Assembly (NCBI GenBank): GCA_000708835.1
Contig: DF237494.1
Span: 1-59,215, forward strand
Origin: Klebsormidium nitens
Taxonomy: Eukaryota; Plantae; Klebsormidiophyceae
Length of the DNA: 59,215 bases
Reading direction: 5' to 3'
Shown: piece by piece, positions 12,801-25,000 of the stretch
Layout: every line of letters begins with the position of its first letter
Numbering within the stretch: position 1 is the first letter of the stretch
The notes under the pieces: generated by a model
Told to the model about the DNA's origin: nothing
Seen by the model: only the letters and a program-made list of their open reading frames with translations
Databases searched by the model: none
Translations under genes and position numbers: made by a program

Positions 12801-15800
12801 GATAAGCTGCCGTCGGTGACGTAATGCAGAGGAAACATGGCTTCTCGCTACTTCATCTCGTACCAGCAGCTGTCCCGGTTTGAAGCTTTTGCCGTTTAAT
12901 CGTTCGACCCGACGAGCCATTTGTGCATATGCTGCAGTTCCGCACTGGAGACGGCCGCCCGGCAGCGCGAGGAGCGGCTGCAGGAGATGTTGCAGCAGAG
13001 CATGACGCAGATTGCGGAGGCGCGCCAGGAACTCGCCGACAGAGACGACAAGGTCGCCCAGGTGACGCCCGCACCCAGCTCACGAGTCCTTTTCTTCCCC
13101 TGGTCCATCTGCATAAGTGTACCGGGGACTCGTTCCTTCAAAACCGCATCCGTTCAAGTGCCCGCTGCACCTTCTATCCCGAAACTGTTTGAGCAGACTA
13201 CTAATCCCAATACTTCGATCTGGAGGTTGTTGAGCAAGATGTGGTCGGATTTTGAGCGGGTCTTCTGGACGTGGTTTTGCACGAACCCGGCGTGAACTTT
13301 GAAAGGACAGGAAATCTAATCGAAGAAAGCCATTACTAACAATCCATTTCGGCTAGAAGGTGCTCTTGAACGTCCGCCCTGTTTTGCCACTGGCAGCTGC
13401 AAGCGGCGAGCCTGCGGATGGATGTGCTCCTGGACAACGCCAACGGCAAGCTGCAGATGGCGGAAGATCGCGCCACGGCCGCAGAGGAGCACGTGGAGCG
13501 GGTGCGCGAGCAGCTAGCGCGCTTCAAGGCCAGCGCAGCGCAGCGGGAGAAAGAGATCCAGGACTCAGCTGCAGAGGACAGAGACGAGGCGGAGCGGCTG
13601 TGGCAGGAGAAGGTCCAAGCGGCGGAGAAGGTAAGAACAACCTGCGTTCAAGATGACTGGTGTCGATGCGCATTTTGTCACGTGGTGTTGGCCGAGAAAC
13701 AACAACAAACAACAGAAATAGATTCTTCTGTTGTGACGATAGGAGCGTAACTGCAGGTTTCTGGTCGGGTATCACGCATCAGTAGAAGCTTGGGTGGTGC
13801 TAAACTTTGAAGTCTCTGATAGGTTCGTGGGAGAGAAACGTACTAGTGCTTTTAAAAAGCTCTGCTCTTCGAAACGACTTTACAAAGTGGTCTCGTAGGT
13901 TCTGCTCTATGCACTTGGGCGACTTCTGACTAGCTGCATTCGTTTTGCAGGCTTGGCAAGCCCAGCTGGCCCAGCGGTCAGCCATTGTGGAACAGCTGCA
14001 GCAGCAACTGGCAGCGGCCAAGGACGAGAATGAATCCATGCGCGCTGTCCTGAACGACCTCAGGTGCGTGCTTTCTGTTTCAAATCCGGGGAAGGAGAGG
14101 ATAAAATGTCTCTGCTTGGATGACTCGTGCGAATACAACGTTGTCATGAGAGCTGTAGTGTTCATCTTCATCAAAGCCGTACTGGCCTGTCAGTTTCAAC
14201 TTCGTACCTGTCTGCTTACGCCTGTTCTTTCTTCCAGGGCGCGGCTGGAAATCGAAGAGGAACGGCGAAAGGCGGCCGAGCGCGACGTGGAAGCATTGGC
14301 CCCGTCTCAGGTGGGGCCCTCATTGCTACGCTGTAGACCGCCATCAAGTATGCGGTGTCTGGCTCAAATCGACGCTCTGCTCATTGTTTCCCTGTTCGTA
14401 CCTGCAATGCAGTTGCCAGCTGCTTAGATAGTGACACCCACATCCACACGTTCGAAAATTCTCCTCGTCTGTCAATTCTTTTTTGACGCGACCCCAAATC
14501 TCGTCAGAGTTGTATTGTGTAAACTTTGTGCTCGCGTTGACACTGCGATGCCTGGAAGCGTTGTCAGGCCGTGGGGTTGACACGCTCTACTTCCGGCCTC
14601 CGTGGTTGCAGGGGGCCGCTGAGCGAGTCGCGCAGTTGGAGGAGGAGGTGGGTCACCTTCAGGCGGAGTGCCTCGCGCTCAAGCAGGAGGCGCAAGGGAG
14701 CCCCTCCCAGGGCGCAGACTCCGACCAGGTGAAGGACCTCTCCACCCGAAGACCTGTTAGGAACGTCGGGTCAATGCGCGCATTTCGACAGGTGCTACAA
14801 CTCTAGCCTTTGTCGGCGCTCGGATATGCACTTGACGTCCGCTACGTGGTTGCTATGGCAGAGTCTCTGGCGTACGTCGTTTGCAGTGAGTAGCCCGGTA
14901 AGGAAGACATTATGAAAGAAAGATGAGTTTTTTCTCTAAGAGAGTGATGCGCCGTATTACAGGCCGTCCAGATGGAGGGCCAGCTGCTGGAGGTGACGGA
15001 GCAGAACCGGCTGTTGCAGAAGAAGCTGCGCAAGGCGGAGGACATGCTTGAGCGCTCCAAGGTGAGACACCGGCATTGGCGGTCCCCTAAACTGATTATT
15101 ATACTTCGCTCTCCTTTCAGGCTTTGTGCTGTTGCCAATTCTGCGAAAACAGAGCAGACGGCCACGCCCTCCATCTCGGCGACAAGAGAAGGTTTAAATG
15201 CAAGGTCGAGACTGGTGCATTCTGATCAAGGTGCCAAGTGTGTTTTATAGGCCTGGAAGGAGGAGGTCCGGCGGCAACGAGAGGACGAGGCGAAGGCCAA
15301 AGCGGAGCTTGCAAGGCTGCAGGTGAGGTCACCTTCCAGGATATATACAAATCGCTCGCTTTTGGGAGCCCCGCAGGAGAGATATGCCTGATCAATCTTG
15401 GTCCAAGGTGTTTCAAAGACACTGTGTCCAGCAATCTGGATATACAGGAGTCTGCAGAGCTTGTCATGTATCATGAAGGATAAGTAACAGCACGACGACA
15501 ACGGTTGCGGCAGCTACCTCTTTGCCAAGCCCGTTTTTGCAGATCTGCTGACAACTTTTGCGAGGCTCCATGGCTCATTTGGTCTGCAATGTCCTTTCAG
15601 GCAAGCGTGGAGCGGCAGGAGGCGGAACGGATGCAGCTTGCGGCGGAGCTGGCCGCTGCTAACGCTCAGAACGCCAAGGTACACCCAGACGCAAACCGAA
15701 GCAAAGCTTCTCTGACGCCATCGTCACGATTGGGAAGAAGCAAGCGCTACGTCTCTTCGTATCTGCCGCCTTCAAGGGGGCAATACGAACCCCTGTCAAC

Positions 15801-17137
15801 AAAACGTTTCGACAGCGCTTCTTTCGGACTTTCCGGTGATGATGCCAGGCTCTCATCCAAGCCGTGCAATGTAATGTGACGCAGGCCCCGACTCGGGAGA
15901 GGGGTCAGTTCGCCGCGGCAGCGCAGGCGTCCAGCGAGGCAGCCTTCCAAGTGAAGGCCCGGGTGCTGCTGGAGGAGCGAAGGGACTTCAAGGAAAAGGT
16001 GGGCATCAATCAATCTTCTGCACCAGCGTCTTGCAGCGACTCCAAGGCGGCTTTGCTTGTCATCAACGGACGCCTCGCGACAGATTGTGCGTTGCAGCAA
16101 GTTCCGTGTTCACGGGTACGGCATCCCTGCATCTCCTTTCCGATCACTTGCAACCATCACAGAGCATGTTTACCAACGTGCCAGCAGCGATAGCGGTCTG
16201 CAGCTTTGCGGGTGCCTTCTCTGACCCGCGAACGCGACGGCTGATGGCTCTCTTGACATGCACATCCTCCGACATGCAGTGCCACAGCCTCGAGGGCCGC
16301 CTGAAGGAGCTCCGGACGCTGGTCGACCGGAACGGCGGAAAGGTTACGGACTTCGACAAGTATGCTGCGCTCAAAGATTTGGAGTATAGGGTCGCCACGG
16401 GCAGGGCGGCAGCGGACAAACTCAAAGCGCAGGTGAGCGTCTTCCATTGCAGCCTGGCCCTGCGCGGCGCCCTGTTCAAACGCCCTCGAGTGACGAGAGG
16501 GAGGCTTTATCACCACTCCAGAGTTGTTTTGCGGAGGAAGGACCTCCAGATTGTTGCCTAGGTGCAACACATCACCAGCACGGAACTGGGACGGTTTGAT
16601 CCGAAGTCCTCTTCTTGCGAGCGTTCGCGTGATGACGCAAAGTCTTTCTTGCAGGTCGCTCAACTGGAGGGGCAACTGAAGAAAACACAATCGGAGAAGA
16701 GCCAGCTGCAGGGCAAGGTGAGCGCGACCTCTCAAACCATCCTTCGCACAGCCGGAGACGTCTGTGGATCTTTGATCACGTCCGATCATGACGTAGGGTT
16801 CAAGATGAGCATAATCGTTGTCGCTTTCGAAATCGTGAACCGAGTGCTTTGTGTGCAGCTTCAGGAGGTGACGTTCAAAAATTGTGCGCTCCTGCGCTCC
16901 GAGTCGCTGCACCAGCTGCATGCCGCCAGCCCCAAAAAGCCGTCCCCCGGGGACGGAAGCGCTGCACGGCCCCCTCTCGCGGAAAGGAACAAGGGCTTAC
17001 TTGTAACGTCTGGCGACAGCAATACCCCAGTCAAAAAATCGGCTTTGTCAGGGCACCTTTCTTTGACGAAGGCCACGCCTCCTTCACTTTCGCGCCAATC
17101 GACAAGGAAAGAGAAGGAGAACAACGCCTTGTTGTAG
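819..17137 (+). CDS. KIN7: Kinesin-7 (CENP-E-like, plant KIN7O/Kinesin-7-II type): N-terminal motor plus very long coiled coil, ~2,314 aa, 37 exons
   Basis: Manual splicing gives one open frame. Exons: 819-963, 1117-1206, 1355-1473, 1740-1853, 2046-2127, 2261-2328, 2514-2597, 2744-2889, 3197-3299, 3549-3629, 3853-3981, 4224-4400, 4589-4933, 5269-5496, 5852-5962, 6421-8124, 8484-8648, 9009-9398, 9819-10016, 10302-10523, 10805-11122, 11362-11436, 11693-11797, 12079-12189, 12499-12614, 12938-13061, 13397-13630, 13951-14063, 14238-14310, 14612-14728, 14963-15061, 15251-15322, 15601-15678, 15885-15998, 16280-16432, 16655-16717, 16859-17137. Motor motifs: [14 protein letters not shown]-loop GQTSSGKT, switch I SSRSH, switch [37 protein letters not shown] follows the first coil, as in plant kinesin-7. 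Some tail exon boundaries are less certain. Confidence 0.93.
1487..1630. repeat. Two tandem ~72-bp copies in kinesin intron 3
   Basis: ccttccaatcaggctggctgcatgttgagaagcattt(t/c)ggccttgagcaagttcaa... starts at 1487 and again at 1559, with few mismatches. Confidence 0.95.
11521..11614. repeat. Two tandem 47-bp copies in a kinesin intron
   Basis: cgaatggtcttggtctgac(a/t)cgttcgt...tgacggggtcgca at 11521 and 11568. Confidence 0.92.
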
Positions 17138-17942
17138 GATTCGCAGTCTCAAAGAGCTAGGAGGGACACACATGGACCAGCAAAGCATCATGTCGACGTT
17201 TTCTTTTGCTGGAAGCTATTATAGATGATGCTTTTGCTGTGATTCGTCAGTTCAGCATTCCTGGCTTTCTAAGTGCAGCTTCACACGGCTTCATGCTGAC
17301 ACCGAGGAAGTAAGCTTGGACATCATGAAAACCGGCCGCGTCGAATTGCAAAAAGAAAATCATTTTATGGTGATGCGAGCTGTCACAGACAGCCATCAAT
17401 AGTATCACTGAGTGTGTTGCAGATCGTCTCTTTTGAAGTGCAAGTCATTTCGAATTCATTCAATGATATGTAAATTATAATGATGATGGCACACACATGT
17501 TCGACCGTCACAGAACATGGATCCGCGCAATCAACGATGCGCATGTTAAACTATGCAATCTCAACAGGTTTTTCCATCGAATTGGAAAAAGCTTTTTATA
17601 GCTTTTAGTTGTATGATGCATGCCCGGGATGCGGCCAGGACCGGATCCTCCCGGTGAAAGAAGTGGTAACTGGCGGTGACCACGCAAACCTCAGTGCAAA
17701 TTATGGGGGGTGGCAAGCCAGCATTGCAGCCGCCCACTTGAATGTTCCTATGAAACACACAACTCGTAAGCTGAGATCTCTAACTCTTCAACCTCACACA
17801 TGCAACCCCAACTCCTGATCAGGCACACCTTCACTATCAGGCGCGAAGCAATTCGACCAGTAGGAGTTCATGCCTAACCTGCCAAGTCCATATGGCCATT
17901 CATGAAATGAGCCGCTAGCTGGACGACTTGCTGTTCCTTGCT

Positions 17943-20900
17943 CTACCGCATGACCAAGCTTCTCTTGGAGGTCGACTCCTGGCCCTGATCGCCACACTGC
18001 CGGTGCACGCAGCTTCCCCGGGACTTCTCAACCCGGCTCCGCCTGTTGCCGTCCCCGACAGGGAAAGCATTGCAAGCCAGATCTTTCAAACCCTGTGAAG
18101 GACCTATCCAGATTGCTGCACACGATCTTCTCAGGGGGCTCGTTGGGGCCGACTTGCTGCCGGTCACATCGGGCCCCCTTGCAGCATGGTCCAACCCCGA
18201 GTTTAACTTCCCTACCTTCGCTTCTAGCGGCGAGACACTGCCTCTGACTATTCTCCTCACAAGTCCTCCAAACTCGTTTGACTGCACCTTGTTTGCGGTC
18301 GATCGAGGAGTCTTGTTTGGGCTCCTAGCCGGTTTCCTGTCCAAGACCGCGCTCGGACCGCTCAACTCCCGCCGGAACGGCACCTGCTGCACCTTGCCCC
18401 AGAAAGCCGCTGGCTGCAACTCGCTGCCGTCCTGCGCTTCCAGTGGCGGAGCAAACTCAAACGACCGTCGTACGCCGCCCAAGTCGTCCTCCTGCTGTTC
18501 ACGGCCCGCTGGCCGCTGCTGCACGCCTGGCGAGCTACTTCTCTCAGGAGTCCCGCTGTCCCCCGTTGCTCGCAGATGGCTCCGGGGCATGCCCCCCACA
18601 CTCAGGTCCGACCAGCTACTGCTCTTGCTCAGCGGTGGGGTGTCTCCACCATTCGGAACCTCGCCTCCCTTTTCCCCATGATCATTCCCAAAGCTCCCCG
18701 AGTGCTTGCTGAACGCTCTGGGCGACCCAGGCAAGCTGGCTGCTTTGCCTGCGGCATCGGGTTTGCAGTCTCCGTCATGCACTGGGTCCTTCTCCATGCC
18801 TGCTTGTGACCTCCCTGCCGCTTTGGCCCCCCAGGCATCAGTGGGCGGGCCAGAGTCTGCATGTTGCTGAAGGATTGACAGGAAGTCAGGGAGGTCGACG
18901 TCGGCGTGCTCGCACAGCTGGCGCACCTGCTCGTGCTCTGCAGCGGCGTGGCGTGCCCACGCCTGCCACCGCGCGTCGCAATCGGCATGTGCAGCCTGAA
19001 AAGAGTTTTACATTCTATTTTAGGGTCCTAGGATGGTCACATTCTCGGCGCTTTGCCTCAGCTTTTGTGTAATGTCACTGACCTCAGCCAGAAGAACTGG
19101 AAACCCCGTCACCAACGGTCCAAAGCAGCGTCTGCAGTGCACCCTAACCGTCCAACCTTTGTACATACAGCCATACCCAACTGACAAGAGCTACAAACGC
19201 ATTCCACCTCATCTGGGTGTCCTTCCTTACTGAACTGGACAGAACCGCTAGGCGAGAGCGATGAATGTGAGCCTTCAGATGCAGACTGCGGGCAATGAAA
19301 TCTGCAAACGACCCTTTCAAACAAAGGGCAGGTGCCAGGAAGCATTGAAAAAGGATGCAGGCACTGACTTCCAACCAGAAGGACGCAACTCTGGAAGGGC
19401 AAGTCCAGAGACTTTTAAGGACAGCTCTCCTGCCCCCCAGTCTCTTGGATCTACAAGTTTCCCAGTGATCAGAGTATTGAGAGCGCATCGGGAGCGGGGG
19501 CTGACCTTGAGCTGCTGGCGCTGCAGTCGGTGCTGGTGCTGCAGCTGCTGGCATCGAAGAAGGGTGCGCTCCATCCAGCGCTGCGTGAGCGCGAGCGCCA
19601 TCTCGGCTGCCTCGCGCCGGCCCTGCTCCTCCTCCAGCACCGCCAGCACCTCCCACTCACACGACAACTGCTGCAGCAACTGCAGAAAGCGACCAGGGGG
19701 GGCCTTCAGGGCGCGCTGAAAGGTTCACAGGACACAATAAAGCAGAGGAGCACTGCAAGAATTGTTCAGATCCACCCCAACAGACAAGAAAACAAGGTAA
19801 GAGATAAGATTTAGGCCGGGAACAGAGTTATATCAAACCAGACTTCTAACCAAGCTCTTTCGCCACTACCAGAGCAGCCAGGAAGATCACACAGGCCACC
19901 CTGAAGAAGGACCTCTCCACCACATGCGGGAAAGAGGCCTGGGCCTCAAGCCGCCATAAGTGGGATCTCATAAGTGGGATCTTAGAAACGCGTTGAATCA
20001 GTGAGAAGGACCTAACAATCAGCAGCTGAGCAAGGTGACAGTTGTGCAAGGAACATGGTACAAACTGATCTGCTTGACATGCATGTTTGACCACACACTC
20101 CGCTCAGCACCTCCTGCCGCATGCCCAGCTTCGTTGCTTGTCCGTCTGACAAGCACATACTAGCAGCTTGCCCCAGCCCACAAGCGCAATGTCGTAGATG
20201 GCCGCTCGGGGCAAGCGCTTTCTTATACTACCTTTTTGAGGGCACTTTTGCCCAGTGGGCACTAGAAGCGGCTTCAACCCAAGGGCATCGCAAGCAGGCA
20301 GCTTGTGTGCCTAGTATGGCTCACCTTGTGGTGGTCCCCCCGCCGCGTGAGCATCTCCTTGCGCAGCTCCTCCCGGCTCTTGTCCAGGGCACACTGCAAC
20401 GCCTGCCCATGAGCAGGGCAAAACCACGTCAGGGTACAGATCAGGCTACTGCAAGCCCCCCAGCCCTGCAACTTTACCCAGGCTTAAGCCTACGAATTCT
20501 CCGCCCCCAGGCCACCAGCCCACCAAGTCCCTGAAGGGAGAAACCTGTCCACCCCTGGAATGACTTTGCTGCCAACGCAAGGAGGGGCTAAGCAAGATGA
20601 GGCACGCCATAGGGACTTGGGAACCCAGTTTCTGAGGACAATGGCACAGGGCAGCCTTTGGACGGGCGTCCCTTATCAGCAAACGCTCACAATCCTACAA
20701 AAGATGCCCTTGAAAAAGCTAACACCTTTGACGGAGTTGATTGCGTTTGGGGTGAGGTGCTCCATTCCTTACCGACTGCCAATATATACCATAAAGGCCC
20801 ATTGAGGTTGAATCTTTTAACCCCAGATGGAGGAGAAGCATCACAGGCAAGCGGCATCTCAGACACACTTGCATTTCAAGGGCCTTTGCATAGGCATATC

Positions 20901-21210
20901 CTTGAAGGGCTGGGCTTTCTAGCCTGGTAAACTGTTAGAAGAATTGGGTAAAAGTTTTACACCAATTTCCACAGAAAATGAGCCAATCTGCTCGAGCGCC
21001 CACCTTGACTCCCTCCTCCGCAACGCCCCGCGCCTGCCTCTCCTTCTCGATGCTCGACCACGCAAGCGCCAACTCCTCCCTCTGCCGCCCTACAACCGCC
21101 TGCAGGCTGTCAATGCAGCTGGTCTTGGCCGCCAGTGCTGCCTGGAACATGCCACACACCGTGCTCAGGTCACCCGCCTGCAAGGACACAGGCCCCTTTG
21201 CGGAACCCAT
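17943..21210 (-). CDS. Hypothetical protein: N-terminal coiled coil plus Ser/Pro/Gly-rich disordered C-terminus (~515 aa in this model)
   Basis: Phase-0 GT-AG exons 21210-21004, 20402-20325, 19715(or 19679)-19506 and 18995-17943 join in frame with GC3-rich codons (e.g. LAVLEEEQGRREAAEMALALTQRWMER). The start codon, possible extra exons and the 3' end are uncertain. No family recognised. Confidence 0.6.
19955..19982. repeat. Perfect 14-bp tandem duplication (cataagtgggatct x2), intronic
   Basis: Seen directly in the sequence. Confidence 0.9.
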
Positions 21211-21841
21211 GTCGGCACACAAGGGACCGTGTGCCTAAACAAATCGAGAGCGCCAGAACCCGCTGCAATTCGCCTCGTCCCCCAACCAGGAAGCCCATCA
21301 AGCGGCCATGTCAACGCTTGCACATTACCCAGTGCCCAGATCATTCAGCTAGCAGCATTTTGCGTCCTCAGCTCGTTCAAACAATGTGCTGCTCGAACAC
21401 TTTGAAGTTTGACGCAGACCCGTTCTGAACTCTAGAAAAGGGAGGACCTATGACCAGCCACCATGACTCGGTTGCCTCTGATTAGGTACCTATCTTGGTA
21501 TATCCAGCTAGCTCAATGTACAATACCCTATACCTGCCTAGCTCGCAAGACTTTTGAATTTCAGACTTGGAGAAGGTGGCGCACATGCATGGTGCATAAT
21601 TGCTTGAATTCATACAGCAATAAATGCATTGCTCCACCTCAGGGTTCTCGCCGCTCAAGTATTTCGACGCGGAGCTTTCGAATCGATTGACGAAATCTTG
21701 GCATTGAACATCGTGTCGATCCCGGAAGATCCAGTTGAGCTCCGGAAATATGACCGTTAATATCTGCGATGGCATGGTGACATGTCGCATGCGCGTGTAC
21801 GGTACGTGGACCGGATATTAGGGCTTTAGGTAAAATCCAAA

Positions 21842-21915
21842 AAACCCTAAAAACCTAACAATACCGTATATGTCACGGCAGTTTGGAAATTCATAGTTTG
21901 CACTGTTTAGGGTTT
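21842..21915. promoter_or_regulatory. Two oppositely oriented telo-boxes in the divergent promoter between the orphan gene and MATE
   Basis: AAACCCTAA at 21842-21850 and TTAGGGTTT at 21907-21915. Confidence 0.55.
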
Positions 21916-22085
21916 GTCTCACCAATTCTGAGGAGGTCAACCCTGACTCAAGATCTCTGATTTGTTCGCGAAATGGAGCCATGGGGGCCGCCTTTCCCAT
22001 GACTAGAGCTCACCCGCTCATCCTTCCTAGCTTGAGCTGCCAGCTTGAGCTTGATCTTCTAGCGGCTCAACACTGATAGGTCAAG

Positions 22086-25000
22086 ATGGAGCAACCACTG
22101 CTGCCTGGCGAGGGGGTGACCGGTTCTCTGCGGAGTCAAAATGGGGTCTGCGCACCGTATGATCCCGGGCCAGGGTTGCCGCCAGGGGCAATCGGCCCCG
22201 CACTGCCGGGCACCCCTTGTGCAGATTCCAGAGAACAGTCAGACGAAGAGGCTGCGGCAGACGAGCCGCTGCATAAACTCTCGGGCATGCAGCAAGTCCG
22301 ACGAGAAGCGCACAAGCAGTGGCGGCTTGCGCTGCCCATCTGCACGATGAATGTTTTCAACGTCCTCCTGGCGATGGTCAGCGTGATCTTCGTGGGGCAT
22401 CTGGGCGCAAAGGAACTTGCGGCGGGGGCGTTGGCGACGGGCGTAGCAAATGTGACGGGCATAGCGGTCCTCGTAAGTGGACGCGGAGGGGTTTTAGACA
22501 CCAACCTGCATAATTCTTGCAGAATAGCACTTTGACATCCATTCGCGATGCACCTGTCACGATTGGTTTACAGATATGCAAACGGCGCCCTCTTGAAATA
22601 ACGTGGAGGTGTGCCGGCAAGCTGTCCGCCTTTAATTCCTGCTCCAGCCACCATTGTATAAACTTTCTTTGAATCCGTGAAGTCCAATCGATATTGATAA
22701 ACATACTCAGTTGCGGCTGAACCGTGTCAACGATAGGCCCCGCCGCTTTTAAATTTGCAGGTGTCGCCCCAACCGGCGCAGTCTTTAGGCTTTCTGCAAG
22801 CCTGGGGAGTCGATAAGGGCATCTATCAGCCCCAATGCTTGACCCCCCCGACTTGCAGAAGGCCGACAAAACGCAATCTGCAAAGGGTTGTGCTTTCCGT
22901 TGATCTTTACGCCCCACCCAACACCAAACTGCGCCCCTCTTTCCTTTTGCCTCGGTGCCCCATCATCCCGCGACCACTGCCCTCTTTACAGGAAGGGCTG
23001 TCAGGGGCAATCGGCACATTCTGCGGCCAGGCGTTTGGGGCGGGCCAGTACATGCAACTGGGCCACGTGTTGCAGCGGGGCTTGATAATTAACACGCTGT
23101 TCTGCATCCCCATTGCCGCACTGTGGATCCATGCGGAGCAGATTCTGCTGCTGTGGGGCCAGAGCCCCAGGCTGGCGGCCATGGCCACACAGTACATGGT
23201 GCGCCTCATCCCGGGGCTGCTCGGCTCCGCGTGGCTCTACCCCACCGCGCAGTTCATCCAGGCGCAGGTGGGCAGTCACGTCAGTCAGCAGCGAGCGATG
23301 AGAAGGTGGTATGGGCCGTCTCGTATGCCTTGCCAATGAATGTCCATGGCACGTCCAGAGGGCACATGTTGACTGTGTTGCGAGCGTATCCGTGCATGGA
23401 GAGGGCAGAAAGTGAGTGTCAATTTGGTAGGAAGAAGTGAGTGCCAGGCGCTCGAGCCCACAATTTTGTTCTTGCTAGGCTACTCACAGAAACAGTACAT
23501 GATCCAAATCTTCCCCCATTTTGTATTCCAGCCATCCTCTCACTGTCGGTTGCCAAGAGTTTGTTCCGCCTCAAAGCCCAGGCCGATCCGAACGGAACGC
23601 TTCTCTTTACAAACTCTTCCGCGAAAGTCCAAACAAAGATAGTGGCAGGATGGGAAAGTCACAGTCTGCTCGGTATCGCTTCTTACTCTCGTTGTCTCGC
23701 TCTCCTCAGGGCATCACTGTGCCCCAGGCGTTGACCTCTGGGGTGACCCTCGCCCTGCACATCCCGTCCTCCTATGTCTTCATCTACGGTCTCAACCTCG
23801 GCTTCACCGGGGCTGCCATCGCCAAGTGAGTGCACCAGCGGATTCTGAAGTTCCTTTCCTTGGTGTGCACGTTTCGATGTCGAAGCTACTTAGTTCCTTG
23901 TACGTTGGCATTCTATTTGGGTTTCTTTGCTGAGGATCAGTCGTTAATTGCAAAATTATTTTGTATTTTCGAGAGGGTTCGTCGCCCAACCAGATCCCCC
24001 TGATCGTTTGCATCCTTGAATGTAAAGTGTCAGTCTGTTCGTTTAAGAACTTGAGAGCATCAGCTCCATGTGTACCCAGCCCCTACAACCCCACATGATT
24101 ACCTTCTGCCCCTTCATTCCTTTCTCCCTCAACACCATTATTGAAGCTCTCCCCATCCTCTGCGCAGCTCTGTCAGCTGTTTCTTTTCGTTTAGCCTCCT
24201 TGTCGCGTACTTGATGTTTGAGCGGTCGGGCATCCTGAAGCGCTGCTGGCCGGGCTGGTCCCTGCTCTGCTTCACGGAGTGGGCGCCCTTCCTCAGCATC
24301 GCCGTGCCGGCATGCCTCATGACCTGGTGAGATAAAACCATCCAGACACAGTGTCTAGCGGCTCTTTAAACCAGCTTGCGCTTGTCAGCTGATTTCCAGT
24401 CTCACCTGCGGTTGCTGACAAGAGACTTCGGCGAGCTTTGGTCCATGACAAAGTGGAAGCGAAGAGATGGACTGTATCGAACGTTTTTAGCTGGTTCGAG
24501 GATGAAAACGTGGCTTTGTTGGCAAGTAGACCGAGATCGGGATTGCTATCAGAACATACATCTGATCAATGCCAAGTTAGATGTGAGGGCGAGATTCTCG
24601 TGTTTTGGCGTCCGTTCCTGATTCGTTGCTTCAAAAGAAATCAGCCGCTTCCATTTATTAACCCTCATGGAACCCAGCAATGTTCGAGATTTCTTTCGAG
24701 TTCTCGTGTTTTGATACTTCAGATGATCGACCTTACTTGTCGAACAAGCTTAATATTGACATGCAAGTTCGTCCGTCGAATTTTTCCTCAACTCTTCAAT
24801 TCGAGTCTCCTCAGAGGAATCGCTGACATCGGAAAGTTGCTAATTGTTCTACAGCAGTCGGGGAGCTTTTCTGAACCATTGCTTGCGTCAATTCCCTGAA
24901 CCATCAGGGAAAGGGCGTTTTTGAAGTGCTGCGGTGCCCGGTAAGCCCCTTGTTTACGACTTGGCCTGTAACATAACGTGGCGGCCCTGTCCTGTCAACC

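Noticed and set aside
20896-20903. ATATCCTT, a U12 AT-AC donor consensus
   Set aside because: On the plus strand inside a minus-strand gene intron, with no matching U12 branch/AC acceptor; a similar hit near 45737 is also antisense.
24438-24899. Intronic ORF with WTVSNVFSWF resembling a SAM-domain start
   Set aside because: Lies within MATE intron 4, lacks coding codon bias, and the rest of the SAM pattern is absent.
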